Shown here in pieces: positions 47,983 to 59,980 of a stretch of DNA of 64,000 bases (the first letter of the stretch is position 1; each line of letters opens with the position of its first letter). The position numbers and the translations under genes were made by a program. The stretch spans positions 107,618 through 171,617 of the forward strand of contig JBBDYJ010000001.1 of assembly GCA_040901675.1 (NCBI GenBank), written 5' to 3'. The notes beneath the pieces were generated by a model, which ran no database searches, was not told where the DNA came from, and worked only from the letters and a program-made list of their open reading frames with translations. This stretch comes from Pirellulales bacterium. GTDB taxonomy: Bacteria; Planctomycetota; Planctomycetia; Pirellulales; JAICIG01.

Positions 47983-49857
47983 CTAGTTAGCCGCTTCGTC
48001 TGCCTGCTGCCGCAATTCCGCAATGAGTGTCTGCAACACGTCCGCGGGGATAGCCAGCGTTCTCGTCGTATCCGCGCGGGCGATATTCAGACCGACTACC
48101 CGTCCGGCCAAATCGACCACCGGGCCGCCGCACTGCTCGGGACGCAAGCAACCGTCGTGCGCAAACACGATCGGGAATCCTTCGCGACGCAGGCTCCTGG
48201 GATTGGAGTGCCAGTCTAGCGCGCCTTCGTTCCCCGAATGGATTTTGGGAATCCGAATCGTCAGTTTCTCGAATCCCCGGCGAATGCCGATGCTGACCCA
48301 ATCGCCGGCGAACGAGCCCGGCGCCGGAGCATTGTAGTCCACCTCCTCCCCGTCCGCGCAAGCGGCATACAGCAGGCGGTCCATCGCATTGCCGAATTCC
48401 TTGATGGTCGGCGTCTCGATGCCATTCAGGTGCGTAACCACGTCTCCTGGCTGGAACAACTCTCTGTAGGCGTCGAATTCGGCGTTCGCCCAGCCGGCTT
48501 TTTTCACGATGGGCGCTCCCGCCTCGCCGGGTTCGACACTGAGCGGGATTTGCGGGATGTCATTTGGTCTGGCTGGCTCAGCGCATTCGTTGGCGCTCAC
48601 GACGGCGAATTGGAGCGGTCCGGCAGACCGCCCAAGCGGCGAGGAAACGATCGTCCCGACGGCGGGGCGGTTCGCGGACCACGGCGCAACTGGCAAATTC
48701 TGCACATCCACTTTCATCAGCGCCAAGTCGTGCTCCGCCGACGTGGCGACGACTTGTCCTTTGACGATGGCCTCGTCCACGACGTAGAACAGGCGACAGG
48801 ACCATTCTCGGCGGCTGCCGAGCAGCGACGCTTTCGTAACCGCCAATCCATTGGCATCGACAATCAGGCCGGCGGCGATTTCGTGTGGTCCATCCATGAT
48901 TCGGATCATGCTGTTGCCGACCTGCAAGACTTGATCCTCCAGATCGGCCGCGGGGATAAACGCCGCTGGTTGAGCAGGGCGAGCCCTCGAGGCCCGGATC
49001 ACCTTCTTCGCGGCGGCGGAAACGAGTTCTCCTGACTCCAGTCGTTCGCGAAACTCCTTGAACGGAGACAGCGACTGATAACGTGCCGGCCCAACACTAT
49101 CTCCACCGCTGGCGATTCCCACAATCCGCCCGGCGAGATCAAACAGCGGTCCGCCCGAGTCGCCGACACCGATGGCGGTTGTCGTTTCCAGCCAGGGCAA
49201 GCCGGAGAAGCTGGGGGTGACGCGGCCGACCCTGAGCAGCGGGGGGCTGCCTGGACGAAGTGTTGAGGGGTACCCAATTGCCAGGCACGCTTGACCTTCG
49301 ACCGATAGTTCACCGTCATCGACCGTTGCCGCCGGCCATTCGCCGGGCTCGGTAATCCTGGCGAGTCCGAGGTCGGGGCCAAAGTGCATCGGCCGCGGAT
49401 CGTTGCGGCGGAAACGCCCCAATAAACTTCCCGCCACTCGCTTCCCGTCCGCCAGTTCGACCGTCACGCTGGTTCCCGGAGCCATGCCATGGTGCGAACA
49501 TGTGAGGATCAAACCCGAGGTGTCGACGAGCACGCCGCTATAGCAGCCCCGGAGTGGAAGCCCGTGCCCATCAAACGCCGCGCCATGTTCGTCTTGTGGC
49601 CAGAGGCGGACGACGCTGGGAGCGAGCTTGGCATACGCTTTCTTGATATCGGCTTCGAACTCCAAAGCCTTATCGGCGGAAAGGACACGAACAGGATCGA
49701 TGACATTGATGCTGAGCTTGGTCTCACCGACGCCAGGCAGTTCATCTCCGGCTGCTCCACCGCCGAAACAGAGTGCGGCAGTCACGGAGAGTCCGGCAAT
49801 CGGGACCCATGTTGCCCAATTCAATCGATGCCGACGGCGCGTGTTCACGCTAGTCAT
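47983..49857 (-). CDS. Trypsin-like (S1C) serine protease with a second degenerate protease domain and PDZ-like insert
   Basis: LTCSHH, PDLG, GDSGGPLFDLAG; second domain VTKAS...QCGGPVVDLAG. Confidence 0.88.
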   Translation of the reverse strand: MTSVNTRRRHRLNWATWVPIAGLSVTAALCFGGGAAGDELPGVGETKLSINVIDPVRVLSADKALEFEADIKKAYAKLAPSVVRLWPQDEHGAAFDGHGLPLRGCYSGVLVDTSGLILTCSHHGMAPGTSVTVELADGKRVAGSLLGRFRRNDPRPMHFGPDLGLARITEPGEWPAATVDDGELSVEGQACLAIGYPSTLRPGSPPLLRVGRVTPSFSGLPWLETTTAIGVGDSGGPLFDLAGRIVGIASGGDSVGPARYQSLSPFKEFRERLESGELVSAAAKKVIRASRARPAQPAAFIPAADLEDQVLQVGNSMIRIMDGPHEIAAGLIVDANGLAVTKASLLGSRREWSCRLFYVVDEAIVKGQVVATSAEHDLALMKVDVQNLPVAPWSANRPAVGTIVSSPLGRSAGPLQFAVVSANECAEPARPNDIPQIPLSVEPGEAGAPIVKKAGWANAEFDAYRELFQPGDVVTHLNGIETPTIKEFGNAMDRLLYAACADGEEVDYNAPAPGSFAGDWVSIGIRRGFEKLTIRIPKIHSGNEGALDWHSNPRSLRREGFPIVFAHDGCLRPEQCGGPVVDLAGRVVGLNIARADTTRTLAIPADVLQTLIAELRQQADEAAN

Positions 49858-50032
49858 TCTACCAGATGGCAGTGGCCAAAGCCCATCAATGGGCAGAGGC
49901 TCGAAGGACCGTTAGGTATTGCTCGGCAAGTCCTTCGGCGTGCCCCTGTCGGACTGAAACGGCCGGGCCAAATCGGTCGATCGATGGAAGCCATCGTCCA
50001 TAGCGCTGCCGACTTTGAGAATGACCTCTCGG

Positions 50033-50363
50033 ACCTCTGACTTCTGACCTCTGACCTCTGACCTCTGACTTCTGACCTCTGGTCCTGGGGCACGCTGACG
50101 CTTTGCCGCCAGCCACCCGGATGAACGACAAGGGGACATAGGGACAAGGCGACAAGGGGAACGCGGCGGGATACGAAACGAGGACTGGGGCACGCTACCG
50201 CTTTGCCGCCAGCCAGCCGGATGAATGACAAGGGGACCAGGGGACAAGGCGACAAGGGGAACGCGGGGGGATACGAAACGAAGACTGGGGCACGCTAACG
50301 CTTTGCCACCAGCCACCCACGCCCCACCGGCCACACGGCCAGAACTCTGGCGAGTTCTGCTAC
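50033..50363. repeat. Composite repeat cluster: (TCTGACC/T)n heptamers, three family-A REPs at 100-bp period, one family-B REP
   Basis: CTGGGGCACGCT starts at 50085, 50185, 50285 with near-identical linkers. Confidence 0.9.
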
Positions 50364-50375
50364 GTTCCTTACGAA

Positions 50376-51236
50376 CTACGAAGCGCGGGTGAGGCGCCCG
50401 AATCGCTCGATCAGGTCGCGGGTGATGGGGCCGGGCTTGCCGGCGCCGATGGTGCGGCTGTCGACCTTGACCACGGGAATCACCTCGGCCGCCGTGCCGG
50501 TCAAAAAGCACTCGTCCGCTATGTAGACGTCGTGCTTGCTCAGCGGGATCTCGCGGACCTCCAGCTTCGCCTGGCCGGCTAGCTCGATCACCGCCTGCCG
50601 CGTCACCCCTTCCAGAATCCCAGCGTCGATCGGCGGCGTTAACAGCACGCCGTCGCGCACAAGAAAAATATTGTCGCCCGTGCACTCGGCCACCTCGCCC
50701 TTGACGTTCAGCATCAAGGCCTCGATGCAGCCGGCCTGCAAGCCTTCGATCTTGGCCAGGATGTTGTTCAGGTAATTCAGCGACTTGATCCGCGGGCTCA
50801 AGGCCGCCGGGTGGTTGCGCATCGTGCTGACGGTGATGATCTCCAGGCCGCGCTCGTACAGCTCGCGCGGATAGAGCGAGATGTGGTCGGTGATGATGAT
50901 CACCTGCGGGTCGCTGGTCCGGTTCGGGTCGAGCCCCAGTGTGCCCGCCCCGCGCGTCACGATCAGCCGGATGTAGCCATCGGCGATCTGGTTGGCGGCC
51001 AGCGTGTCGTGGATCGCCTTGGCCAGGGCCTCGCGGGCGATCGGGATCGTGAGCCAGATGGCCTTGGCCGAATGCCAGAGGCGGTCGAGATGCTGCTCCA
51101 GGCGGAAGACGCGGCCGCCGTAGCTGCGGATGCCCTCGAACACGCCGTCGCCGTACAACAGGCCGTGATCGTAGACGCTGATCTTGGCGTCTTCCTTGTC
51201 GTACAGCTTGCCGGCGATGTAGACCTTAAACGACAT
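50376..51236 (-). CDS. ilvE: Branched-chain amino acid aminotransferase
   Basis: DHGLLYGDGVFEGIR, IKSLNYLNN, ECTGDNIF, LEGVTR, TGTAAEV. Confidence 0.95.
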   Translation of the reverse strand: MSFKVYIAGKLYDKEDAKISVYDHGLLYGDGVFEGIRSYGGRVFRLEQHLDRLWHSAKAIWLTIPIAREALAKAIHDTLAANQIADGYIRLIVTRGAGTLGLDPNRTSDPQVIIITDHISLYPRELYERGLEIITVSTMRNHPAALSPRIKSLNYLNNILAKIEGLQAGCIEALMLNVKGEVAECTGDNIFLVRDGVLLTPPIDAGILEGVTRQAVIELAGQAKLEVREIPLSKHDVYIADECFLTGTAAEVIPVVKVDSRTIGAGKPGPITRDLIERFGRLTRAS

Positions 51237-51278
51237 GGGTTCGACCGATGAGCTTGACCGAGAAAAATCGTCTCCGGC

Positions 51279-52079
51279 CTAGGCGCTGTGAACCTGCCCT
51301 TCGACGAGCCGCACCACCCGGTCGGCCTGCTGGGCCAGCGCCGGATCGTGCGTCACCATGACTATAGTGAGATTCTGCTGGCGGTTCAAGTTGCGCAGCA
51401 GCCGCATGATCTCGTCGCCGGTGGCACGATCCAGATTGCCGGTCGGTTCGTCGGCCAAGAGCACGCTCGGTCCGGCGATCAGCGCCCGGGCGATGGCCGC
51501 CCGCTGCATCTCGCCGCCCGACATTTCCCGCGGCTTGTGCTTGAGCCGGTGGCCCAGGCCGGCCGTCTCCAGCAGCGCCTTGGCGGCCGCCACGTGCTCG
51601 CCGCGGCGGCGGCGGTAGCTCCAGACTCCTTCGGCGATCATCAGCGGCGTCAGGACGTTTTCCAGCGCGGTCAGCTCCGGCAGCAGGTGATAGAACTGGA
51701 AGATCATGCCGAAACGGCGATTGCGCAGGGCATCGCGGCGGGCGCCGGCCAGGTTGTCGATCCGCTGGCCCTCGAAGCGGACCTGCCCGGCATCCGGAGC
51801 GTCGAGCGTGCCCAGCACGTGCAACAGCGTGCTCTTGCCCGACCCGCTCTGGCCGACAATCGCCAGCAGCTCTCCCCGGCGGACCGCCAGATCGACGCCG
51901 CGCAGCACGGGAATCGCCACCTGCCCCTTGCGGTAGCTCTTTTCCAAGCCGATCGATTCCAATTGCGCGCCCGGCTTTCCGGCCGCGGTGGCGGCGGCTG
52001 GGGCGTGCGGCCCCGCAGCGGCTCCCTGGGACGGACGCCGGCGGAGCGCCTGGGCCGACTCGACAACGGGCTTACTCAT
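51279..52079 (-). CDS. lolD: Lipoprotein-releasing ABC transporter ATPase
   Basis: GQSGSGKST, FQFYHLLPE, MSGGEMQR, LADEPTGNLD; follows the permease. Confidence 0.88.
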   Translation of the reverse strand: MSKPVVESAQALRRRPSQGAAAGPHAPAAATAAGKPGAQLESIGLEKSYRKGQVAIPVLRGVDLAVRRGELLAIVGQSGSGKSTLLHVLGTLDAPDAGQVRFEGQRIDNLAGARRDALRNRRFGMIFQFYHLLPELTALENVLTPLMIAEGVWSYRRRRGEHVAAAKALLETAGLGHRLKHKPREMSGGEMQRAAIARALIAGPSVLLADEPTGNLDRATGDEIMRLLRNLNRQQNLTIVMVTHDPALAQQADRVVRLVEGQVHSA

Positions 52080-53643
52080 AGCGCAGGGCCTCCACGGGGT
52101 GTAGACGGGCGGCACGGCGTGCCGGCAGAACGCTGGCCAGGACGGCGATCGCCAGCGCTCCGCACACGATCCAGCCGACGGTGAACGGCTCGATGATCGT
52201 GGGAATCTTGTAGAAGTAGTAGATCGACGGGTCGAACACCTGGTGCCCCGTGATCATGCCCAGCAGGTCGGCGATCTCGTTGATGTAGACCACGAACAAC
52301 AGGCCCAGCACCATCCCCGCCCCCGAGCCGACCATGCCCAGCGAAAGGCCGTAAGCCAGGAAGATGCCCATGATCCCCCGCCCCGAGGCGCCCAGCGACT
52401 TGAGGATGCCGATGTCGCGGGTCTTTTCGACCACGATCATGAAAAAGATGGCCAGGATGCCGAAGCCGGCCACCGCGATGATCAGGAACAACAGCACGTT
52501 CAGGATGGCCGTTTCCATCTGCACGGCGGCCAACAGCGGCCCCTGCTTGTCGCGCCAGGTCGATACGCCGTACAGCTCCGGCGGAAACGCTTGCCGCAGC
52601 TTGTCGCGGACCAGCGGGCCGTCGCGGTCGTCCTTGAGCTTGATCTGGATGCTGGTGGCATAGCCGATCTTGGTCGCCGGATCGATCATGCCCCGCAAGA
52701 CTTGCAGCGTCTTGATCGGCACGAAGACGAAGCTGGCGTCGTACTCGCTCATCTTGCTCTCATAGAAATCGACGACCGTGAAGTCGCGGTCGACGGCCTT
52801 CGGCACCGGCGCGGCGGCCGTCGGGAACGTCAGCTTCACGTCGCTGCCCGGCAGCACCAGGAACCCCTCGTCTCCATCACGGTCGCGGTAGCTCGAAAGG
52901 GCGATGCCCAGCACCAGCCCCGGATGCTGCTGGCTCACGGGATCGAACACGTCTTCCTGGCCATGCCGCGCGGCGAACGGATCGGGCGGGACCTCCTCGT
53001 CCTCGACGGGCAAGTCGGCTGCCGCATTGCCATCGCCCGGCAGATTGAGCTGCGGCGGCGGCACGCGCGAGCTGGAGTGCTTTCGCATCGCCTCGAAGGC
53101 CCGCTGGTGCTCGACCCATTGCCGCCGGTGCTGCCAGCCCGCCTCGGCCATGGCCCGCCGCTCGGCCGCTTCGGGCCCTGCCTGGTGGTCGCGCGTGTCG
53201 TAGCCCCCCTCGCGCAGATCGAAGCTCAGTTGCCGGCGGTTGGCCGGGTGCTGCAGGTACTTGCTGAAGTCGCCCACGCGGCCCTGCGTCTCGGCGTCGA
53301 TGCCGATCAGCGTCACGGCGCGGGTGACGTACTTGCCGCCGTACTCGAAGCTGAGCATGGCCGGCACGTGCACCGTGGGGGTCATGCCCGCGATGTAGTC
53401 GCCGGCCACGCGGCGGATTTCGGACATGTGCCAGTCGGGGTTGGGGAAGCCCTCCATGCTGTGCGATTCGAAGACCAGGTCGGAGAGGATGCCGTGGATG
53501 CGGCTTTGCATCTCGCTGCTGAAGCCCGACATCACGCTGTTGACCACGATCATCGTGGCCACGCCCAGGGTGACGCTCACGATCGACGCCAGCGCGATAT
53601 AACGGGTGCGCAGATAGCGCCAGCAGAGCAGGAACTTGTACAT
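52072..53643 (-). CDS. Lipoprotein-releasing ABC transporter permease (LolC/E family)
   Basis: LGVATMIVVNSVMSGF, EKTRDIGILKSLGA, PARRAARLHPVEALRYE; lysS-lolE-lolD order. Confidence 0.92.
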   Translation of the reverse strand: MYKFLLCWRYLRTRYIALASIVSVTLGVATMIVVNSVMSGFSSEMQSRIHGILSDLVFESHSMEGFPNPDWHMSEIRRVAGDYIAGMTPTVHVPAMLSFEYGGKYVTRAVTLIGIDAETQGRVGDFSKYLQHPANRRQLSFDLREGGYDTRDHQAGPEAAERRAMAEAGWQHRRQWVEHQRAFEAMRKHSSSRVPPPQLNLPGDGNAAADLPVEDEEVPPDPFAARHGQEDVFDPVSQQHPGLVLGIALSSYRDRDGDEGFLVLPGSDVKLTFPTAAAPVPKAVDRDFTVVDFYESKMSEYDASFVFVPIKTLQVLRGMIDPATKIGYATSIQIKLKDDRDGPLVRDKLRQAFPPELYGVSTWRDKQGPLLAAVQMETAILNVLLFLIIAVAGFGILAIFFMIVVEKTRDIGILKSLGASGRGIMGIFLAYGLSLGMVGSGAGMVLGLLFVVYINEIADLLGMITGHQVFDPSIYYFYKIPTIIEPFTVGWIVCGALAIAVLASVLPARRAARLHPVEALRYE

Positions 53644-53672
53644 GAAACCATCCTTGGTCGAAAAGCTTCCTT

Positions 53673-53826
53673 ATTGGTCATTGGTCATTGGTCATTAAAG
53701 TTCACTGGGGCATGCTTAGCGGTTTGCCCCAGCTACCAGCGCTCTGACTTCTGACTGGGCTGAAAGTCCGCCGCAGGCGGAACCAATGACAAATGACCAA
53801 TGACCAATGACAAATGACCTCTGACT
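53673..53826. repeat. Inverted heptamer arrays (TTGGTCA)n ... (TGACCAA)n enclosing a degenerate family-A REP and a TCCGCC-N3-GGCGGA palindrome
   Basis: Direct reading. Confidence 0.8.
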
Positions 53827-53827
53827 C

Positions 53828-55363
53828 TTACTCCGGGCGCAACAGGGGGAACAGAATCACATCGCGGATGCTCTGGCTATTGGTCAACAACATCACCAGG
53901 CGGTCGACGCCCACTCCCAGGCCGCCGGCGGGCGGCATGCCGTGCCGCAGGGCCCGCAAAAAGTCGTGATCGAGCCTGGCCATCGAGTCCTCCTCGCGCT
54001 GACCGGCCAACTGGGTGCGGAACAACTGCTCCTGCAGGTCCGGGTCGTTCAGCTCCGTATAGGCGTTGGCGACTTCCATCCCCTGGACGAACAGCTCGAA
54101 CCGCTCGGCCACGGCCGGGTTATCGCGCTTGCGCTTGGTGAGCGGGCAGATGCTGGCCGGGTAATCGATCACAAACAGCGGCCCCAACAGTTGGTCTTCA
54201 ACCCGCTCCTCAAAAACTTCGTTCTTCAGCAGGTCGGGGTGCTTGCCCGCGGTGTCGAAGCCGATCTCGGCCGCCAGGGCACGGATGCCCGCCTCGTCGT
54301 CGGGCGCAACCCCCGTGTGCTCGGCAAACAACTCGTCGTACGTCCGGCGGGCAAACGGCGGGGTGAAGTCGATCACCCGGTCGCCCCACTGCAGCTCGGG
54401 GCTGCGGCCGATCGCCCGGATCGCGCCGACGATCAGCTTCTCCATCAGGTCCATCATCGTGCCGTAGTCGCCATAGGCCTGGTAGACCTCGAGCATCGTG
54501 AACTCGGGATTGTGCCGGGGGCTGAACCCTTCGTTGCGATAGACGCGGCCCAGCTCGTACACGCGCTCCATGCCGCCGACCAGCAGCCGCTTCAAGTGCA
54601 GCTCCAGGGCGATCCGCAGGTACAAGGGGATGTCGAGCGCATTGTGGTGCGTCAAAAAGGGGCGGGCGGCGGCGCCGCCGGCAATCGAGTGCAGCGTGGG
54701 ACCTTCGATCTCCACGAATCGCTCGCGGGCCAGCGTGTCGCGGAACGACTGCACGAGCCGGGCGCGGGCCAGGAACTTGTCCAGCACGCCCTCGGTATAG
54801 ATCAGGTCGAGATAACGCATCCGCTGCCGCAACTCGGGGTCCGCCAGGCCGTGGTGCTTGTCGGGGTGCGGCACGATCGACTTGGTCAGAAAGTGCAGCT
54901 TCTCGACGAAGATCGTCAGCTCGCCGGTGTTGGTCCGCTTCAATTCGCCGTCGGCTCCGACGATGTCGCCCAAATCGAGGCATTCCGCCAGGGCCCAAGC
55001 CTGCTCGCCCACCTGGCCGCGGCCGATAAACAGTTGGACCTGCCCGCTGGCGTCGCGGATATCGGTAAAGATCAACTTGCCCTTCTTGCGCATGAGCACG
55101 ATCCGCCCCGCCGCCCTGACGCGCGGGCCGTGCTGCTGGCCGCGTTGGCGCTGCCCCTCGGCCGCCGCCGGGGCCTCGTCGACCACGATCTCGTTTTCGC
55201 GGGCCCGAATTTCGCCGATCGGTTGCGTGCCGTCGAATCGCTGCCCCCAGGGATCGATTCCCAGTTGCTCTATGCGCCGCAGCTTTTCACGCCGGGCCGC
55301 TTCGTGGACGCCCGCCGATTCCTGCGGTTCGTCGTCCGGAGGTGGGGCGGGGGGTTCCGTCAT
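53828..55363 (-). CDS. lysS: Lysine--tRNA ligase (class II)
   Basis: RQRMRYLDL, GGAAARPF.THHNAL, RNEG..RHNPEFT, NAYTELNDP, GMPPAGGLG.G.DRL. Confidence 0.97.
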   Translation of the reverse strand: MTEPPAPPPDDEPQESAGVHEAARREKLRRIEQLGIDPWGQRFDGTQPIGEIRARENEIVVDEAPAAAEGQRQRGQQHGPRVRAAGRIVLMRKKGKLIFTDIRDASGQVQLFIGRGQVGEQAWALAECLDLGDIVGADGELKRTNTGELTIFVEKLHFLTKSIVPHPDKHHGLADPELRQRMRYLDLIYTEGVLDKFLARARLVQSFRDTLARERFVEIEGPTLHSIAGGAAARPFLTHHNALDIPLYLRIALELHLKRLLVGGMERVYELGRVYRNEGFSPRHNPEFTMLEVYQAYGDYGTMMDLMEKLIVGAIRAIGRSPELQWGDRVIDFTPPFARRTYDELFAEHTGVAPDDEAGIRALAAEIGFDTAGKHPDLLKNEVFEERVEDQLLGPLFVIDYPASICPLTKRKRDNPAVAERFELFVQGMEVANAYTELNDPDLQEQLFRTQLAGQREEDSMARLDHDFLRALRHGMPPAGGLGVGVDRLVMLLTNSQSIRDVILFPLLRPE

Positions 55364-55582
55364 GGGCTGACTGGTCTGCGGCTGTCCTGGTGGGGCGCCT
55401 GCGCCGTCGCCGCCGCGGGGCGGCCGCGAACCTGGCTGGCGGACTGGACCAGACAAGGCTGGTTCGGCTGGCATGCGATCCTCAATAACTTCAACGGTCG
55501 CAACATTTTAGTTAGATCGCCAACCCGGTCAATGTCAGCCCGTTCCGCCCCAACTCCGTGCCCTCGCTCGTCATATTCGTTC

Positions 55583-55633
55583 GTGGGACGGGCTTCCTAG
55601 CCCGTCTTAAACGGCCTGGGAAGGCCGTCCTAC
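55583..55633. repeat. GTAG/GTGG-type REP doublet (REPIN-like)
   Basis: GTGGGACGGGCTTCCTAGCCCGT and inverted ACGGCCTGGGAAGGCCGTCCTAC, 5 nt apart. Confidence 0.85.
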
Positions 55634-55666
55634 ATACTCATCCATCCACACCGTTGATGTAGGGCA

Positions 55667-56938
55667 CTACTTTGCCTCCCCGCTTGGCCGACGTTCCCGG
55701 TGGGCGGCCAGACGCTCCGCCACCCCCGGGATGATGCGGGCGGCATTCTGATGATAGACCTTTGCCAGCACCTCGTCCGGGAGCCCGATCCCGTAGATGT
55801 TCCAAAACCCCTGCGGCGGAAAGGGGTTCTCCGCGTAGGGAAAATACTCGTCGTGCGTCTCCAGGAAACGCCAGTAGGGCAACAGCCTGGCCGCCGGACG
55901 CGGGCCGTCGGTGCCGAACATGATCCGGTCGGCGTACTCGACAAAGAAGCGGCGGGCGGTGTACGGCTGGCGGCCCAGCTCTGAAATCCGCGAGGCGAAT
56001 TCGACGACCAGGTTCGGGTACTCGTCGAGCCAGGCCGCCAGCGTCTGAAGGTCTTCGGCGTCGTTGGCCATGTGGGCCCCGATGAACGTGGTGCCCGGGT
56101 GCCGGCCGATCACGCGGTTGCGGGCCGCGTGCAAGTGTTCTCGCCTGGGCCACTGGTCGCCGAAGAAGCTCCACTCGGGGTGGCGGTTCAGCTCCTCCCA
56201 GCGCTCGTTGTGCTGGTCGATCGGCAGGAAGAAGGCGGCGGGGTCGGCCGTGTGCATGATCACGGGCAGGCCGAGTTTTCCACAGGCCGACCAGATTTCC
56301 TCCCAGCGCGGGTCGTCGATCTCGACGAACGAGCCATCGGGGTTGCGGATCCCCAGGCCGAACTCCTTGAACAGCTTGAGGCCGCTGGCCCCCTCCTCTT
56401 TCGCCCGGGCCAGGCTGGCCGCGACACGGCGGGCGAAGTCGGGGCGATGGCAGTCCCAGGTTGCCGGATCGTCGGGGCGGCCGTCGCCGCGCCAATCGAC
56501 GTTCGCAAAAATGACGAACCTCTGGCGGTGCTTTGTCCACAGGTAGCGGGCGTGCTCGGCAAAGGGCTCGCCCAGCCCGCCGTCGAGGCTGACGCAGACG
56601 GCGATGTTCTGCTGGTCCATCAGCCGCACAAAGGCATCCAGGTCCTGCTGCGAGTGGCGGAAGCGAATCCGCGGGTGCGTGTGGACGTCGACCACCGGGA
56701 ACCTGGCTCGCGGCGGCTGGTGCGAGGGCACCTTCAGCATCGGGACCGGGCGGAATTGGTCCAGCGGCAGCGGCGGCCTGGCTCGCTCGGGCGCGGCGGG
56801 GCGCGGGACTGCCGGCTCATGCTGCTCGCCCTTCGAGCCGGTTTGCTCTCCGCGCGTCGCCTCTTGAGCAGCCACTAGCGGCGGCGGCCCTGCCGCGACA
56901 ATCGCCAGCAGTATCGCGTGGCGAAGCGATGCACGCAT
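55667..56938 (-). CDS. Secreted amidohydrolase_2 family protein
   Basis: Signal peptide, DVHTH, MHTADP, IGAH, MFGTD. Confidence 0.9.
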   Translation of the reverse strand: MRASLRHAILLAIVAAGPPPLVAAQEATRGEQTGSKGEQHEPAVPRPAAPERARPPLPLDQFRPVPMLKVPSHQPPRARFPVVDVHTHPRIRFRHSQQDLDAFVRLMDQQNIAVCVSLDGGLGEPFAEHARYLWTKHRQRFVIFANVDWRGDGRPDDPATWDCHRPDFARRVAASLARAKEEGASGLKLFKEFGLGIRNPDGSFVEIDDPRWEEIWSACGKLGLPVIMHTADPAAFFLPIDQHNERWEELNRHPEWSFFGDQWPRREHLHAARNRVIGRHPGTTFIGAHMANDAEDLQTLAAWLDEYPNLVVEFASRISELGRQPYTARRFFVEYADRIMFGTDGPRPAARLLPYWRFLETHDEYFPYAENPFPPQGFWNIYGIGLPDEVLAKVYHQNAARIIPGVAERLAAHRERRPSGEAK

Positions 56939-56941
56939 GGC

Positions 56942-57226
56942 TCAAATCCCCATGCGGGACAGGGCATCGATCACGCTCCCCACGGCGCCCGACAGGGTCG
57001 GATGCGTCTCCTCGAAATGTCTGGCAGTCTCGCCCAGGCGGCTGACGAGCGACTCATGCGTCGATCGGCGTTCGTCTGCCTCGGCCTTCTCGTCCAGCAC
57101 CCGGTCGATGTCGCGCATGAGGCGCGTCAGCAGCTCGCGGATCTCGGGGTCGACGCTGCCGGCCGCTTCCAACTGCCGGTGCAGCTCGGACAAGGTGCGC
57201 TGGAGATCGGGGGCGTCGTCTGGCAT
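56942..57226 (-). CDS. DUF4404-like small helical protein
   Basis: C-terminus 'FEETHPTLSGAVGSVIDALSRMGI'. Confidence 0.85.
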   Translation of the reverse strand: MPDDAPDLQRTLSELHRQLEAAGSVDPEIRELLTRLMRDIDRVLDEKAEADERRSTHESLVSRLGETARHFEETHPTLSGAVGSVIDALSRMGI

Positions 57227-57330
57227 CGTGGCTCCGCGGAATTGAGGGTGCTCTAACAGGCCAAAACTCAAGATAAGCAGGCCGCCGCAAGCGAACAAGG
57301 GCCTGCACCGCCCGCTTCATACTGCCCGCT

Positions 57331-59532
<2,202 letters not shown>

Positions 59533-59536
<4 letters not shown>

Positions 59537-59919
59537 GCGCCGCCGGGCTGCTTCAGGGCTTCGCTGAACCGCAGCCGGTTACCGAAAGGATCGATCACCT
59601 CCATGCACTTGGCGTCCCAGGGGGCAATTTCGATGCCGGGGTGCATGTACGGGTAGCCCTTCGACGTGATCTCTTTGTGGTACTCTTCCAGCCCCGTCGA
59701 GCGGACGAAGACCGTGCTGCCCGGGCAACAATCGCCATGGTGTTCCGTCAGGTGAAGCACGAGATTCCCCCGGGAGACCTGCATGTAGACCGGCGCGTTT
59801 TCTTCAAAGCGATGCTCCCAATCGACCGCGAAGCCGAGAAAGCCGACATAAAACTCCTTGGCCTTCTGGACGCAGAAAATCCGCAGGATCGGGATCGCCT
59901 GAAAACCGTGCTCGCTCAT
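59533..59919 (-). CDS. VOC/glyoxalase superfamily (bleomycin-resistance-like) protein
   Basis: IPILRIF..KAKEFY..FLGF.VDWEHRF, LHLTEHHGD, DPFGNRLRF; GGAGG RBS. Confidence 0.92.
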
Positions 59920-59980
59920 GATGGCCTCCTTTCGATAAGATAACTGCTCGACCTGGCAAGCAGAAGGGAAGGCGAAGGAA

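Noticed and set aside
50085..50320. CRISPR-like periodic repeats
   Set aside because: Intervening sequences are near-identical rather than unique spacers, the repeat is dispersed singly elsewhere, and there are no cas genes
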